A DNA stretch of 64,000 nt from Lophium mytilinum (lineage: Eukaryota): assembly GCA_010093605.1 (NCBI GenBank), contig MU004196.1, positions 1,014,606 through 1,078,605 on the forward strand, written 5' to 3'. Position numbers and translations under genes: made by a program. Positions 14,044-26,757 of this stretch are shown one piece after another. Below the pieces are notes generated by a model, which saw nothing but the letters and a program-made list of their open reading frames with translations, was not told where the DNA came from and searched no databases. The number at the start of each line of letters is the position of its first letter. The stretch's first letter is position 1.

Positions 14044-15069
14044 CTATTTAACGATAAGCATCGCACTAGGGACAAGACCCGCCTCTTTCAAAGTCTGCCC
14101 AAAGTCGGTCCTATCAAAGACTTTCTTGGGGAACGTCTGCGTGAACGTTTCAACCTCGGGTATGGTCTCCGAAAGCGCATGCGCGACCTCAAACAGCGTC
14201 GTCTCCACGGGGAAGCTCTTGGTGATTCGTCCCCCAGGAGTCTGCAGCGCCAGCCTCGTCTCAGTATACGCACTCGCCGGCTTCGACGTCGTAGGCCCAG
14301 AAGTCGTTGCATACGTAGGCTCAACCGCCGCCGGGGGAGCCTGGCCCGCCCTCGCCGCCTTCTCGAGCTCTGCCTTCCGCCTCCGCTCCGCCTTGTCCGC
14401 CTCAATCTTCTCCAGCGCGCGCTTGCGGGCGTCAATTTCCAGCTGCTTCTCGCGCTTCTTGGCCTGGGCCTCCTTCAGCCGCTCCTTCTTCTCCAGCGCC
14501 TCCTTGGCCTCCTGCGACTCCTTGGTGTTCTTCATGCGGATCTTCTCGTTGTTCTTGCGGTCGATCTTGTCTTGTTCCGCGAGCAGGGCTTTCTTCTCGG
14601 TCATTTTGGCGCGGAGTTCCTCTAGCTTGGCTTTCTTCTCTTCTTCGGTGAGGGGCTTGATTTCTTCGGTTGACTCTGAGAAGTTCTCGTGGTTTCTATG
14701 AGGGTAGAGAATTAGTGAGCAGCTATGAATGCTAGATAGGTGATGATCATACGTCTTGGTCGCGTGGAATTCAGCTTGAGCTGCGCTTCGGAATCGCTTC
14801 CCGCAGTCGTCGCAAACCAGGCTCTGGGCGGTTTCGCCATCTTTGAGAGGTTCAGGCTCTGCGCCAGCGTCTTCGTCTTCGTTTATCTGCTCTATGGTCT
14901 TCTCCTGGTTCTTGTCAAGCCAGTCGATGGCGCCTTGCACTGCTTCGGAGTTAGTAGAATCGGGTGGAGGCGGGGCAGTGAACGTACGGCCGCCGGTCTT
15001 CTTGACGGCGATTTGGGCTCGCTCCTTGTCGAAGCCCATATCGAGAAGCTGTTCCAGGTCGGTGGCCAT
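14044..15069 (-). CDS. UBA - C2H2 zinc finger - coiled coil - UBX protein (UBXN1/SAKS1-like Cdc48 cofactor)
   Basis: LLDMGF (UBA), CDDC..H..H and C-terminal UBX (FPKKVF..TLKEAGLVPSA); introns 14987-14940 and 14752-14696. Confidence 0.85.
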   Translation of the reverse strand: MATDLEQLLDMGFDKERAQIAVKKTGGRTFTAPPPPDSTNSEAVQGAIDWLDKNQEKTIEQINEDEDAGAEPEPLKDGETAQSLVCDDCGKRFRSAAQAEFHATKTYDHHLSSIHSCSLILYPHRNHENFSESTEEIKPLTEEEKKAKLEELRAKMTEKKALLAEQDKIDRKNNEKIRMKNTKESQEAKEALEKKERLKEAQAKKREKQLEIDARKRALEKIEADKAERRRKAELEKAARAGQAPPAAVEPTYATTSGPTTSKPASAYTETRLALQTPGGRITKSFPVETTLFEVAHALSETIPEVETFTQTFPKKVFDRTDFGQTLKEAGLVPSAMLIVK

Positions 15070-15604
15070 CTTGGTGGTATGTAGAGTTAGTTGTGGAGTG
15101 GAAGTCGATTCGTGTAGTGAAATGTGGCGTGGAGCTGCGAGAACCTTAAGTAGGAAGAGAAGTGGTAGTGGGGTTTATCACCGGAATCATAGCAGAAGAG
15201 TGAAGTTTGAATATTAGGCAGTTGGCAATCATATTTGCACGGCAAGGCTACCGCTAGCTGCCTGTTGATATGGCGAAATACCGTTAGTTAGAGTGATGAC
15301 GAGGTTTGTTATGGAGGCCTGGCTTGCTTTCTAGACTTACCTAGCACCTGCACGGCCGACGGCTTTAACTTGTACTTTGTGGTGACGACAACCGAGCCGC
15401 CTCCAACAACCCGCATCACTGCCGCATCGACTCCTTATTGCTTCCTGTACTCGACGATCGCCCGCTTCCTCTACTTTTCACCTCCTGTGTCACAAGCCAC
15501 CTACTGCGCCCACCCACACTACCACCCCCATCCTCGTCGCGCTACGCCCACCTCATATCGACAATTAACAATCAACACGCGCACCCCCGAAGACACCCGC
15601 CAAC

Positions 15605-16781
15605 ATGTCTGTCGAATTAGACCCGGTCGAGCTGGGCTTCAAGCGTACGTCGTTGATATTCCAATCCACGATTCGTGCATTCACTGACACCCTCTAGGTC
15701 CCTTTACCCAGGAAGTCTCCCAGACCCTGCGTCTCAAGAACCCCAATACGGATCCCGTGGCCTTCAAGGTGAGCGATATACACCTCCTCCCAATCCCACC
15801 CATATCCCACAGCTTCACCGATAACTGACGCCCTGCAGGTCAAAACTACTGCGCCTAAACAGTGCGCACCCTCCGCGCCCCATCCTACCCCACACAAGCT
15901 GATCACGGTGATGTAGATATTGTGTCAGGCCCAACTCTGGTCGCATCGAACCCGGCAAAGATGTCGAGGTCCAAGGTAGGGAAATGCCTCATATCACTGT
16001 GGGGGTGCCAGGCCGCTGACGTGCATCTCTAGTCCTGCTGCAGGCCATGAAGGAGGACCCCGCTCCTGATGCGAAGTGTCGCGACAAGTTCCTCGTGCAA
16101 TCAGTCGCTGTGACGGCTGACAAGGAATTCCACAATATCGCGTCTATCGTATGCTACCACCGCCTCGAGGCTCGAAGGCTGTTACTTACCTTGCATCTCT
16201 AGTGGTCCCACATCGAGCAGACCTCCAAGTCGTCTATTCAGGAGAAGAAGATCCGAGTCATCTTTCTCCCCGCCGACGGATCCACGGCTACTCCCGCCAG
16301 AGTCAATGGCGTGAAGCACGAGGACGAGTCGACCCTTCTGTCTCCCTCCCCTGAGGCCGTCACCCCAATGCGATCGAGCGCCACCCCCGTGGGATCCGTA
16401 TCCCGTCCAGAAGACCGGCCTGCAGACAATAAGCACCTAGGCGACGCCGTTGCATCTGCACATAACCCCGCCACGTCCGGAGAGCGATCAACCGTTGGCG
16501 CGGCAGTCGCTGCAGTCACCAACGCCGTTCCAACTTCGACTGCCGAGCTTCAGGCACAGCTCACGGATGCTAAGGCTCAGATCCTGAAGCTGAAGCAGCA
16601 AGTCGAGCAGCACGGTCTCCGACAGCGAAAGGGCGAAGCCGTTGCCCAGGACTCGTCGAACAGGGTTGCATCTGGCACGACTGGCATGGGGGTGCAGCAT
16701 GCACCTGCAGGCGGCGTCCCAGTCCAGATCGCGGCTGCGCTGTGCCTCATTAGCTTTCTCCTTGCATATTTCTTGTTCTGA
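15605..16781 (+). CDS. SCS2: VAP/Scs2 ER membrane protein (MSP domain, coiled coil, C-terminal TM)
   Basis: Spliced AFKVKTTAPKQYCVRPNSG and CRDKFLVQS; C-terminal transmembrane segment ALCLISFLLAYFLF. Confidence 0.9.
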
Positions 16782-17478
16782 TTCCCCGCAAAGTGCAAGC
16801 ATCTCCCACCTGCCAAGACCGTTGGAGTTGCGCAAGCAGCGGCCCTGGTTTGCCGTTTGAAGAAGAGAGTGGGATGTTGGCTGCTGCCGATCATGCCACG
16901 GGAAAAGCGAGCTGAGGATGGAACGGGAACTGAAGGTACGGTTCTTTTGTTTCTTTTTCTGGTTTCTGCGGCGTGATAATCGTGGGGAATGCTTTTGGAG
17001 CCGGTGAGCGTTGTATGTACTGCTTTTTGGCCTATAGCGACTATGGCAAGCACTGGGCAACGGAGCTGTGGAGCTAGGTAATGAATGAGGCAGCACGATG
17101 TTCACTCGGGGGGCCACACCTGTATCAACAGTTTACACAAATCGAATTGATGCGTCATGAGAACGTCCATCACGTACATTTCTTTTCATGTCACGGGAGC
17201 TGTATATTGCCGCTTCGTGGGGGATAGCTCCAGCCTGCAGCCGTGGCGGTTCACGATGATGCGGGGAAGAGGCACCCCTCACTGGAAATCCCACGATCCC
17301 ACGATGCTACATTATCGGCGCCCCCAATTTCCATCACGAGTGCGGTCACGATGAGGTTTGAAGTGAGGCCCGATAGCATGGACGCACGCTGCAGCAGGGA
17401 CAGGCATTCTAGTAGTGGCGTAGTGGGGCGCCGCCCTTTGACTGCAGGCCGATTACCGCTGGTGGCCGCAACGGCCGT

Positions 17479-17485
17479 TGACTCA
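17479..17485. promoter_or_regulatory. Gcn4/CpcA (cross-pathway control) site TGACTCA
   Basis: Perfect consensus ~110 bp upstream of the asparagine synthetase ATG, an established Gcn4-regulon gene. Confidence 0.65.
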
Positions 17486-17592
17486 GGCCATAGACAAAAA
17501 AAGTCGTCCTTGCCCACTACTTAAACACCACCACCACCCGCCTCAATTTGCCCCAGTACACATTCTACCGATTCCTCTCACCAGCCGCCAAT

Positions 17593-19810
17593 ATGTGTGG
17601 CATCTTCGCCTGCCATTGGTACGTCACACCGTCCGGTGCAGCGCACTGCGTTGCCCCTCCACTGCCCCTCGCCCGCGCCCTGATAAGTTACTAACACTCC
17701 ACCAGTCATCCTGATGTGCAAAAGTTCAAGCCTACCGCCCTGAAGATGGGCAAGGCGTGAGTTTCTCCCCTTAAGATAGCAATGAACCGCTGCTAACCGT
17801 GCTACAGCGTCCGACATCGGGGCCCTGATTGGAGTGAGCAAGCATACCCTCAGTAACATTCGAGCAATCCGCTGAAGCTGTATAGGTGGGAACTGGATAG
17901 CAAACAAGACGAGTAAGACCTGTCAAGCCCTAGACACTTTAGAGGGTATGCTAATCATACTCCAGTCCTCGTACACGAGCGTCTCAGCATCGTCGGTGTT
18001 GGTATGCGCCTCAACTTCCTCAACTCTATTACTCCTTTCTCATATCGACCCAGACTCCGGGGCACAGCCTTTGCTCAACGAAGAGAAGACGGTATCGCTG
18101 GCTGTCAACGGCGAGATCTACAACCATCGAATCCTCCGCAAGGGCCTCAAGAATCCGTTCAAATTCAGCACACATTCGGATTGCGAAGTCATAATTCCTT
18201 TGGTACGAGAAGCCGATATAAGCGAGAGAGGCTGTTGCTGATATGCGTGGCAGTATCTTGAACATGATATCGACGCGCCGAAATACCTGGACGGCATGTT
18301 CTCCTGGGTCCTGCACGACAAGATCCAAGATAGGGTGATTGCAGCCCGAGACCCGATTGGAATCACCTCATTCTACATGGGCCGATCTAGCACGACCCCT
18401 GGAGCAGTCTACTTTGCTTCCGAGCTCAAATGTCTTCACCCCGTGTGTGACGATATCATCTCCTTCCCCCCTGGACACGTATACGACTCGAAGATGGACA
18501 AGTTGACGAGGTATTACACGCCGAAATGGTTGGTCGAGCCCAGCAACATCCCGACAACGCCCGTAGACTATAAGCTTTTGAGGACAACATTCGAGAAGTC
18601 GGTGCGAAAGCGATTGATGGCGGAAGTGCCGTTTGGAGTTCTCCTATCTGGTGGTCTTGACTCCAGCTTGGTTGCTTCGATTGCCCAACGTGAGACGCTA
18701 CGACTGAACGCACTTGCGGCGAAGCGATCGACGAGCACCAACGGCACCAACGGCACCAACGGCGAGCTAGACGGCCACGCTGCTGGACATCTGGTGGGAA
18801 TTGACGATGGCGATGAGCTTGCCACTGTTCAGATTCTCCCTCAACTTCATTCGTTCTCCATCGGTCTCCCCAACGCGCCGGATGCGATTGCTGCTAAGGA
18901 GGTTGCCGATTTTCTAGGCACCAAGCACCACACGTTCACCTTTACTATCGAAGACGGACTCAACGCTCTTTCAGACGTCATATACCATCTCGAATCCTTC
19001 GATGTCACCACCATTCGAGCGTCCACCCCCATGTTCCTACTCAGCCGGAAAATCAAGGCCTTAGGCGTCAAGATGGTTCTCAGCGGCGAGGGCAGCGACG
19101 AAATCTTCGGCGGCTACCTCTACTTCGTCAACGCGCCAGACAAGAAAGCGTTCCACGAGGAGAACGTGCGGAGAATCAAGAACCTCCACCTGTCAGATTG
19201 TCTCCGAGCCAACAAGTCTACCTCCGCCTGGGGCGTGGAAGCTCGCGTGCCGTTCTTGGACAAAGCGTTCCTCGACGTGGCAATGAACATCGACCCCGAA
19301 GACAAGCTCATCAAGAAAGACCAAGGCCGCATCGAGAAGTACATACTCCGAAAAGCATTCGACACCACCGACGAGCCAGAAACGGAGCCGTACCTTCCAG
19401 ATAAGATCCTCTGGAGACAGAAGGAGCAGTTCAGCGACGGAGTCGGGTATGGGTGGATCGATGCGCTGAAAGACAACGCGGAGCTGCAGGTCACGGACGA
19501 GATGATGAAGAACCCTAAAAAGGAGTGGGGCGACGATATCCCAGATAGCAAGGAAGCGTGCGTACAAATCTGGACGTCTTGGTTTCTGGCGTGGGCTAAT
19601 TGTGAGATAGGTACTGGTACCGAACCATCTTCGACGAGCACTTCCCTCCCTACTGCGCCAAAACAGTGATGCGCTGGACCCCGACATGGTCGGACCAGAC
19701 GGATCCTAGTGGACGGTACGAATTCTCCATTCCCTCCGTTTGATTCACACATACTAACACCCACCAGCGCAATCGCCTTCCACGAGTCCGCCTACGAAGC
19801 AAAGAAATGA
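17593..19810 (+). CDS. ASN1: Asparagine synthetase (glutamine-hydrolysing), multi-exon
   Basis: MCGIF N-terminus, [50 protein letters not shown] and DPSGRA; several 26-51 nt 5' exons. Confidence 0.95.
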
Positions 19811-20240
19811 AGTCTCTCATAGCCTCCAAACCGTCTGCTGTCGCTAACGGGAGGGCACAATGTCAAGGTTCCCAATCTGTTGTTTCCATCAGTCTCCTTG
19901 GTTTTCTTGGCGAATATCAAACTGCGATAGATCTGGATTCGGAGGGTGGGTGCAATCTAGTGGACACACTTAATCCCCACAAGCGTTTGTACATATAAAG
20001 CCACGATGTACTTTTGGTGACTTGTAATATGGCCTTGATTTGTGTGTGAGGTTGATGTGATGATTAGGGGTGCGCTAGTGGTGCTTCAGATGTGTTTCAG
20101 GCGGTTGCGGTGGCGGAGGGCGACTGTGCTGTTTCCTGTTGAGAAGATAAGGTTCGTCGGGGTTGATTTGGGATTGTTTCGGGGGCGTGGAGTCTATGAC
20201 ATGGCGTATTGGGCCGGTGGGAGAGGGGGGGCTTGGAGGG

Positions 20241-20600
20241 GTGAGATGGATGAAGTGGAGCCAGTCCGTGCGATTTGGGCACCGTTTTGGATTGTAAACG
20301 CCGCGAGCTGCGGATTTTAAATATTTATCAATACATATCAATTGCTGAAGATCCTGAATTGGACCATCGAAGTAGGTTTGATTTGAGAGGGGTGAGATGT
20401 ATGATGGGGGGCCTGTCCGTACGATTTGGACCCGATTTGGGCATACTATTGGTGCAGCCTGCAAACAACAACGATTTACAAGTATCAATTGCCGAGAAGT
20501 CTATATCAGACCCTTGCAGTAGGGATAATTTGGGTGTGGTGAGATGTATAAAGTGGGGCCAGTCCGTACGATTTGGACTCGGTTTCGGCACATCATTGGC
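20241..20600 (+). repeat. Array A of the GTGAGATG...CGATTTGG repeat family (3 units)
   Basis: 38-nt cores start at 20241, 20392 and 20539 (periods 151 and 147). Confidence 0.85.
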
Positions 20601-20943
20601 CTGGGCTGTAAACCAGACTCTCGGAGGAGTCAGATACCCGGGGGAAAGTATCAACGGAAGCCAGTCCATGTCAATTCGACTCTTTTCGGTATGTGATGTC
20701 CATAACGCTGTTAACCAGATTGTTGGAAATGGGCTACAAATTGATAACGAAACTAAGGATAATCGAAGAAGTTGTGTCCACGCGGAGGGCACGCCACGTC
20801 TATACGAATGAGTAGATTTTGGTACAGTGACTTACACTTACATACAAGTACTAATACATCTTCTCCCAAATGCCTCACTTGCCCAAGAACGCCAGTCTAA
20901 TATATACCCTCTCGTTTACCGGCCTTTCATATACTCATTCTCG

Positions 20944-21785
20944 TTATAACCCGAATGTCTTCAGCGCCCTCATCTTCCACCCTTCAAAGCTGTTCAGCTT
21001 CGGCCTCACATCCAGGTAAAAGTTTAGGGCTCTTCCCTGATTCTCGTCCTTCCCCGCGTAGAAATCAATCACGTATTCAATCTTCTTGCCGCACCGGTCT
21101 ACAACCCAGTCGTGCCGGTCGAAAGGGGGTTGGTAGCCCATCCAGGTATTAATGCGTGCTTTGGGTGTCAGAGCAGAGGAGAGGCCGCTGAAAGATTCAA
21201 GTCTCGGACCACCGCATCTGAATACCGTCAGCACCGAACCCCAGAATTTGCTCTTGTTTCTGCAGAGCATAATTGTACTCACGCGTCGGCACCCCGCCCC
21301 TTTTCCCAGTCCTTGATCTCCCCCCACGCCCTCTCATTCACGGCGTTATGGATTGGCACTATCGACTTCATATCCGTGGCCTCGGGGTCGAAGTTCTTCC
21401 GCTTCATGGCGTTGAAGAACATCTGCTCGGACGGGTATATCCAATTCCCGCTCTTTTTATCGGCGCCAGTTTCTTGCTCATTATTCGCGAGCTTCGTTGC
21501 AGCTTGATCCGGTACTGTGCGCGGGATTGTAGAGACCTCGCGGTCGGTGCCTAAACCCGACCAGAGGCGGGATACATATGATTGTGACTGTGCGGGGGAT
21601 TTGTCGATTTCAGAGGAGTCGCAGCTCTGGGCTACAAGAGGGGACGGAGATGGTGAGGGTGCTGTGGCAGCCGGATGCGGGTGTGGAGCTTGTTGCCCGG
21701 CTTTTTTTGCCTGTGCAAGCCAGGCCTCCCGTGTAGTGGGGTCGACGGGGCAGGCATCGGGCGCCGCTTCAGTTTCGTTCGCCAT
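20944..21785 (-). CDS. CYT2: Holocytochrome c synthase (cytochrome c1 heme lyase type), 2 exons
   Basis: CPVD..TREAWL, REVSTIPR, NWIYPSEQMFFNAMKRK, IHNAVNERAW, PFDRHDW, YVIDFY and LDVRP. Confidence 0.9.
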
Positions 21786-22196
21786 GGCCGTGATCCAATT
21801 GTGTATCGAGAGTCGTGAGGTCCAAATTGAAGTTGAAGTTTTGGACAGGGATGTCGTGATCATTCAATTGCGGCAGGAACGCTAAGACGATAGCGGGAAG
21901 GCTCCCGTGCAAGGGTCCTCTTCGTTCCTGAGGCGGTGAAAGAGTGAATTGAAACCCACCCCAGCTTCTTTCTTCACTGCCTACTCAGACTTCTCCCAGT
22001 GGTTGCCAATTGCTCTCCTGCGTTGTTTCAGGGGAGTCAGTAATTGGCTTGAAACAGTGTCCGTCTCCCGTCAGCATTGTTCTCGGACTCCGCGTCACCA
22101 ATTTCCCCGGTCTAGAAATACTATTCTATACCTCGCCCCGCCGTTGATCTTCTCTTTTCTCAACTCAACCTTCTCCAGACCATATCAACCGCAACA

Positions 22197-23467
22197 ATGG
22201 CAGACACCAAAGTATACCGTGCGAGCACCACTGCTCCAGTCAACATTGCTGTTATCAAGTATACTTCAACCCTCCTCTGCCCCACCAATGCCCCTCATTT
22301 CTAACAAACATCAGATACTGGGGTAAACGCGACCCAAAACTCAACCTCCCCACCAACTCCTCCCTCTCTGTAACCCTCTCCCAATCCGACCTCCGCACCC
22401 ACACCACCGCCTCCTGCTCCCCCTCCTACCCCACCTCGGACTCCCTCCTCCTCAACGGCTCCCCCCAAGACGTCTTGGGCGCCCGCACCCAAGCCTGCTT
22501 CCGCGAACTACGCAGCCTCCGCCAGAGCCTCGAAGCCTCCAACCCCTCCCTCCCCAAACTCTCCTCCTACCCGCTCAAAATCGTCTCCGAGAACAACTTC
22601 CCCACGGCCGCCGGCCTCGCCAGCTCCGCCGCCGGCTTCGCAGCCCTGGTCCGTGCCATCGCCGACCTCTACGAGCTGCCCGCCTCGCCGACCGAGCTCA
22701 GCAAGATCGCGCGCCAGGGCAGCGGCTCGGCATGCCGCAGCCTGTTCGGCGGCTACGTCGGGTGGGACAAGGGCACGGCGGCCGACGGCTCCGACAGCAT
22801 GGCGTACGAAGTCGCGCCCGCGGCGCACTGGCCGACGATGCGCGCGGTCATCCTGGTCGTGTCGGCGGCGAAGAAGGGCGTCAGCAGCACGGCGGGGATG
22901 CAGACGACGGTCGCGACGTCGTCGCTGTTCCCCGCGCGTGCGAACGAGACGGTGCCGCGGCGCATGAAGGAGATGGAGGCGGCGGTCAAGGCGAAGGATT
23001 TCGAGACGTTTGCGAAGGTCACGATGCGCGATAGCAATTCGTTCCATGCGACGTGTCTGGATACCGAGCCGCCGATTTTTTATCTGAATGATGTGAGCCG
23101 GGCGGCTATTAAGGTGGTGGAGGAGGTGAATAAGAAGGCGGGGAAGACGGTCGCGGCGTATACGTTTGATGCGGGGCCGAATGCGGTCATCTACTATCTT
23201 GAGGAGAGTGAGAAGGAGGTTGCGGGGTTGTTCAAGGCGATGCTTGGGGAGAAGGAGGGTTGGGAGGGTGCTAGGGGGAGCAAGATCGAGGCGAACAAGA
23301 CCGCGCTGGAAGCGGCGGAGAAGGAGGCTGGTGTCGCCATTGCTGGACTGAAGGAGGGCGTAGCGAGGGTCATCTTGACCGGTGTGGGCGAGGGCCCGCT
23401 CAAGACGGAGGAGACCCTGATCGATGAGAAGGGCGAGCCTGTGAACGCTGTCACGAACGGGTCCTGA
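22197..23467 (+). CDS. ERG19: Diphosphomevalonate decarboxylase
   Basis: APVNIAVIK|YWGKRD, NNFPTAAGLASSAAG, GSGSACRS and AYTFDAGPNAV; intron ~22259-22315. Confidence 0.95.
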
Positions 23468-23871
23468 GTAAGTGCCGCCGCTTTGGATTTCTCTCTCGAC
23501 ATAAGCGTGAAACGTGGAGGCGCAGCTACGGCTTTTGTGTGCAAAAGAAGGCATTTGATAGAATACCCGAAAACAAGAAAACACTTGAAGACCTCACAGA
23601 ATCGCATAGAGCAAACATGCAAATGATTGACACAACACGTGGTATCTCTGGCTCTTCAACTGCACTCACTCCCCCTTTCGTCCTCGCAGACGCTGCGTGC
23701 ACCCCCGAAAAACGCCTTCTACGCCTCCAATCCCGCTCATAATGAAGGGTCATGAGCCGCTATAACAGAAGACCAAAGCGTACAACGTATGTAACCAAAG
23801 AAGCCTCAATCCGAGTGAAGAGAATTGTTGGCGTTCCCACTTGCTCTATCAACACACCCCCTCCCCTCCCA

Positions 23872-25302
23872 TTAATTATGAGGATTATACCCCAGCTCTC
23901 TCAGTCTTCTACAACTCTTCATGTCGTACTTCCGCGCCTTGGCTAGCTTCTCCTCGTCTGGGAAGAACCACCCTTGCGCGTCTTGCACTAAGCGGTCCCG
24001 CGTGTCCTTCTCCCGCTCGCATAATATGTTGAGTTGGTGCACGAACTTGATCTCGACGGTCTTGTCTAGCTCCTTCCATTTCTTCGCGCTGTAGTCGGAA
24101 ACCTCTTCCGGGTTTACCCAGTATGGAACTTTCATGCGGTAGGATGTGCGTTCGTAGGTTTGGGGTGGGTTGGCGCCTTCGAAGCGCACCGAGGGGCCTT
24201 GGGGCGCGGGGCCGCCGGAGAAGAGGGAAGAGAGGAGGGGGATGATGAAGAGGACGAGGAGGGGGAGGAGGGCGGAGAGGGCGGAGGAGACGGTAGGGGC
24301 GGGCTCGGAGCCGGGGCTGGAGAGAATTTAGTTATGATAGATGTGAAGAAAGGGGGTATAATTACGGTTGTGCGGTTGCGGGGCGTCGTCGAGGTCGTCC
24401 GCCGCCGAATTGGTGGACACGGATGCCGGGACCGCCATTGAGGTTGAACACGAAGCCGGGGCCTGTGTCGAAGAGTCCGCCGCCTGGGAGCAAATGTCAG
24501 TAAAAGCTCGTAGGTTTAGGAAGCTTGAGAGCAGAGAACACGTAAAAAGGTATTAGTTCTTTAGTGTGCTTCTCTACCAAAACTGATCGAAATTGAAACA
24601 GTGCTGGCCGTGCTGTCGGATTGTAGTCTTCGTAAGGATTTTGAGAAACACAGGAAGTCCTACCAAATGGTCCTCCAAAGCCTCCCCCGCCACCCCCGAA
24701 GCCTCCGCCAAAGAACTGCCGGAACATTTCCTCTGGCGATATCTCCTCTTCCCACATGGGCCCCTGCCGACTCGCACCACCACTCTGCGAGCGCGAGAAA
24801 TTGCTAAACGGCGACGCGCCCGCATTCGAGGCGCCCGCAAACCGATTATCAGGATCCCCGCCAAACTTATCGTACTTCGATTTCTTATCCGGATCCGACA
24901 AGACCTGGAAAGCTCTCGAGACCACTGTTTCAAACATCAGCACAACCATCCCATACCACCAAACCAGCGATCCAGAAAATAGTCAGACACCCCCCTCCCC
25001 AAACTACACTCAAGAAAGTAGATATACGCACACTTGAACGCCTCATCCGCGCCATCATAGCCATTTTTATCCGGATGTGTAAGTAAGCTTAGCTTCCGAT
25101 ACGCCTTCTTGATCTCCCCCTCCGACACCGTCAACTTGACCTCCTCGAGCCCCAGGATCTCGTAGAACGCCGTCGGCGAGCACCGCTTTATCCGTATCAC
25201 CGCCGTCTTCTGCTCGACTGTGAACGCGCGCCCAGAGCTGCCGTCGTGGTGCGCGCGGTGCTTGGCGTCGCCGCTGTCGGCGCCGCTGGCTCTTGCGGAC
25301 AT
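23872..25302 (-). CDS. ER membrane J-domain protein (Hlj1/DNAJB12-like with DUF1977), 4 exons
   Basis: YRKLSLLTHPDKN J domain, G/F-rich linker, EISPEEMFRQFFGG, a TM segment and C-terminal CEREK...SCRRL. Confidence 0.85.
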
Positions 25303-25589
25303 GGTATAGGTACTGCGGCCCGGCGGGCGCGGTTAAGGTGGTAGAAGCAGTGTGGGGGGGTGGCGGGTTGCGGGATTGTAGTGAGCGGTGGTGGAGGGCG
25401 GAGGGGTGTCACGGGGGTGATGATAGAGAGGTGTTGTTGTGGGGGCTCGGTGTCTGTATGGATTGAGAAGAGTGGACGTTGCGGTTTGGAGGATGGGGTC
25501 CGTGCGTTCTTTATAAGTCCGCTGCCGTCATCGCGGGTTGCTCGTTTCGCCAACTTCAGTTCACGATTCAAGCACTGAGTACCGCGGCT

Positions 25590-26147
25590 ATGGCAGACAA
25601 GCCCTCCGAAGAGCAGGTGAAAGCTAGCACGATTCATACGCTGCAAGCATGGGGTGGTGAGTTTCAATTTCTCTGTGAGAGGTATATACCTATGCGCGAG
25701 CTCATGCATTTACCAGAAAACCCGCTTCCCCCGACGCTGCTCGCGACCCTTATTACCGCACAGCATATGCGCCCGTTCCAAGCGCTGCCGATGATGTTCA
25801 CGCCTGTTCTGCTCGCAGCAAGCTACGCGAATGTGAGCGGGTATAAGATTGATGCGGCGGGGGTTACCGGCGCATGGAGCGGGCTATATCTGCTATTGGC
25901 GAGTCGGAGGAAACAGGTACGTCTAGCATACTTTCAATTGTATCATGTGTGGTTCCGGAAGGCGGCACTAGTGTCACTACTGATCTGAGTTTATACTGAC
26001 TAACTGGTATCACAGAGAATCGTGCAAAAGTTTGGAGCGCGGGGAATAGTTCGAGGGGCGACACTAGGTCTTTGCATTGCCAACGTAGTAGGATGTGGGG
26101 TCGCATACGGATTTGGTCGGAGGAGGAAAGAGGAAGAGTCACGGTGA
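25590..26147 (+). CDS. Small membrane protein, Aim19-like (3 exons)
   Basis: LQAWG|ENPLPPTLLATLITAQH...GYKIDAAGVTGAWSGLY...KFGARGIVRG; divergent from the J-protein gene across ~290 bp. Confidence 0.65.
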
Positions 26148-26757
26148 TAACCGAGGATACTTCTGAGCTTTATGAGTACAGTGGCGGTCTTGGGCGGGCT
26201 TTGAGTATCGATGTATCAATATAGACTCCCCCGGGGGGATTGTACAATGGATTTTCATATATATATATATCTGCACGCTCGTGTACTGCTGCGTCAGAAG
26301 CCTCACAGTACTTTCAGCATTTCGAGGAAGAGGAATTCGGCGTTTTGAAGAACCACTAAACTCGGAAGGCTACATTGGAAAACGCTGGCAGGGTATGCCT
26401 AGATTAGTAGTGCCTTCGTCGCTCACGGGTTTTATTAGTATTCTGGAGGCCCACGTACAATGTCTGGAAATTGCACGGATATGTATGAGAAGCCACTGTA
26501 TTCACTGTCTTTCTCGTCATGTAGGCACGGCGCCCTACCAGTAACACAGCCCCTTAGAATCGCTAGATTTACGAGCCGGAAGTGATCTCATGCGGCACAG
26601 TGATTACGCCAACACCTTTCTAGGTCTATATACGGCCACCGTAGCCAAGTGACCGCTTCGGGCCTCCCCGAAATCCACTTTAGATATGAATCAGCATCCC
26701 AAACGCCCATGTATGCACCCATTCGGGTAGAAAAGCCAAGCCCATCAGCTTCGCCAA

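Noticed and set aside
20075..20811. ORFs with repeated PNRTDWxHFIHLT peptides
   Set aside because: They are translations of the DNA repeat; most unit spacings across the family are not multiples of 3.
22508..23584. 358-aa antisense ORF over ERG19, and similar antisense ORFs over RecQ, UBX and 56580-57650
   Set aside because: Shadow frames of GC-rich coding sequence with no recognisable motifs.
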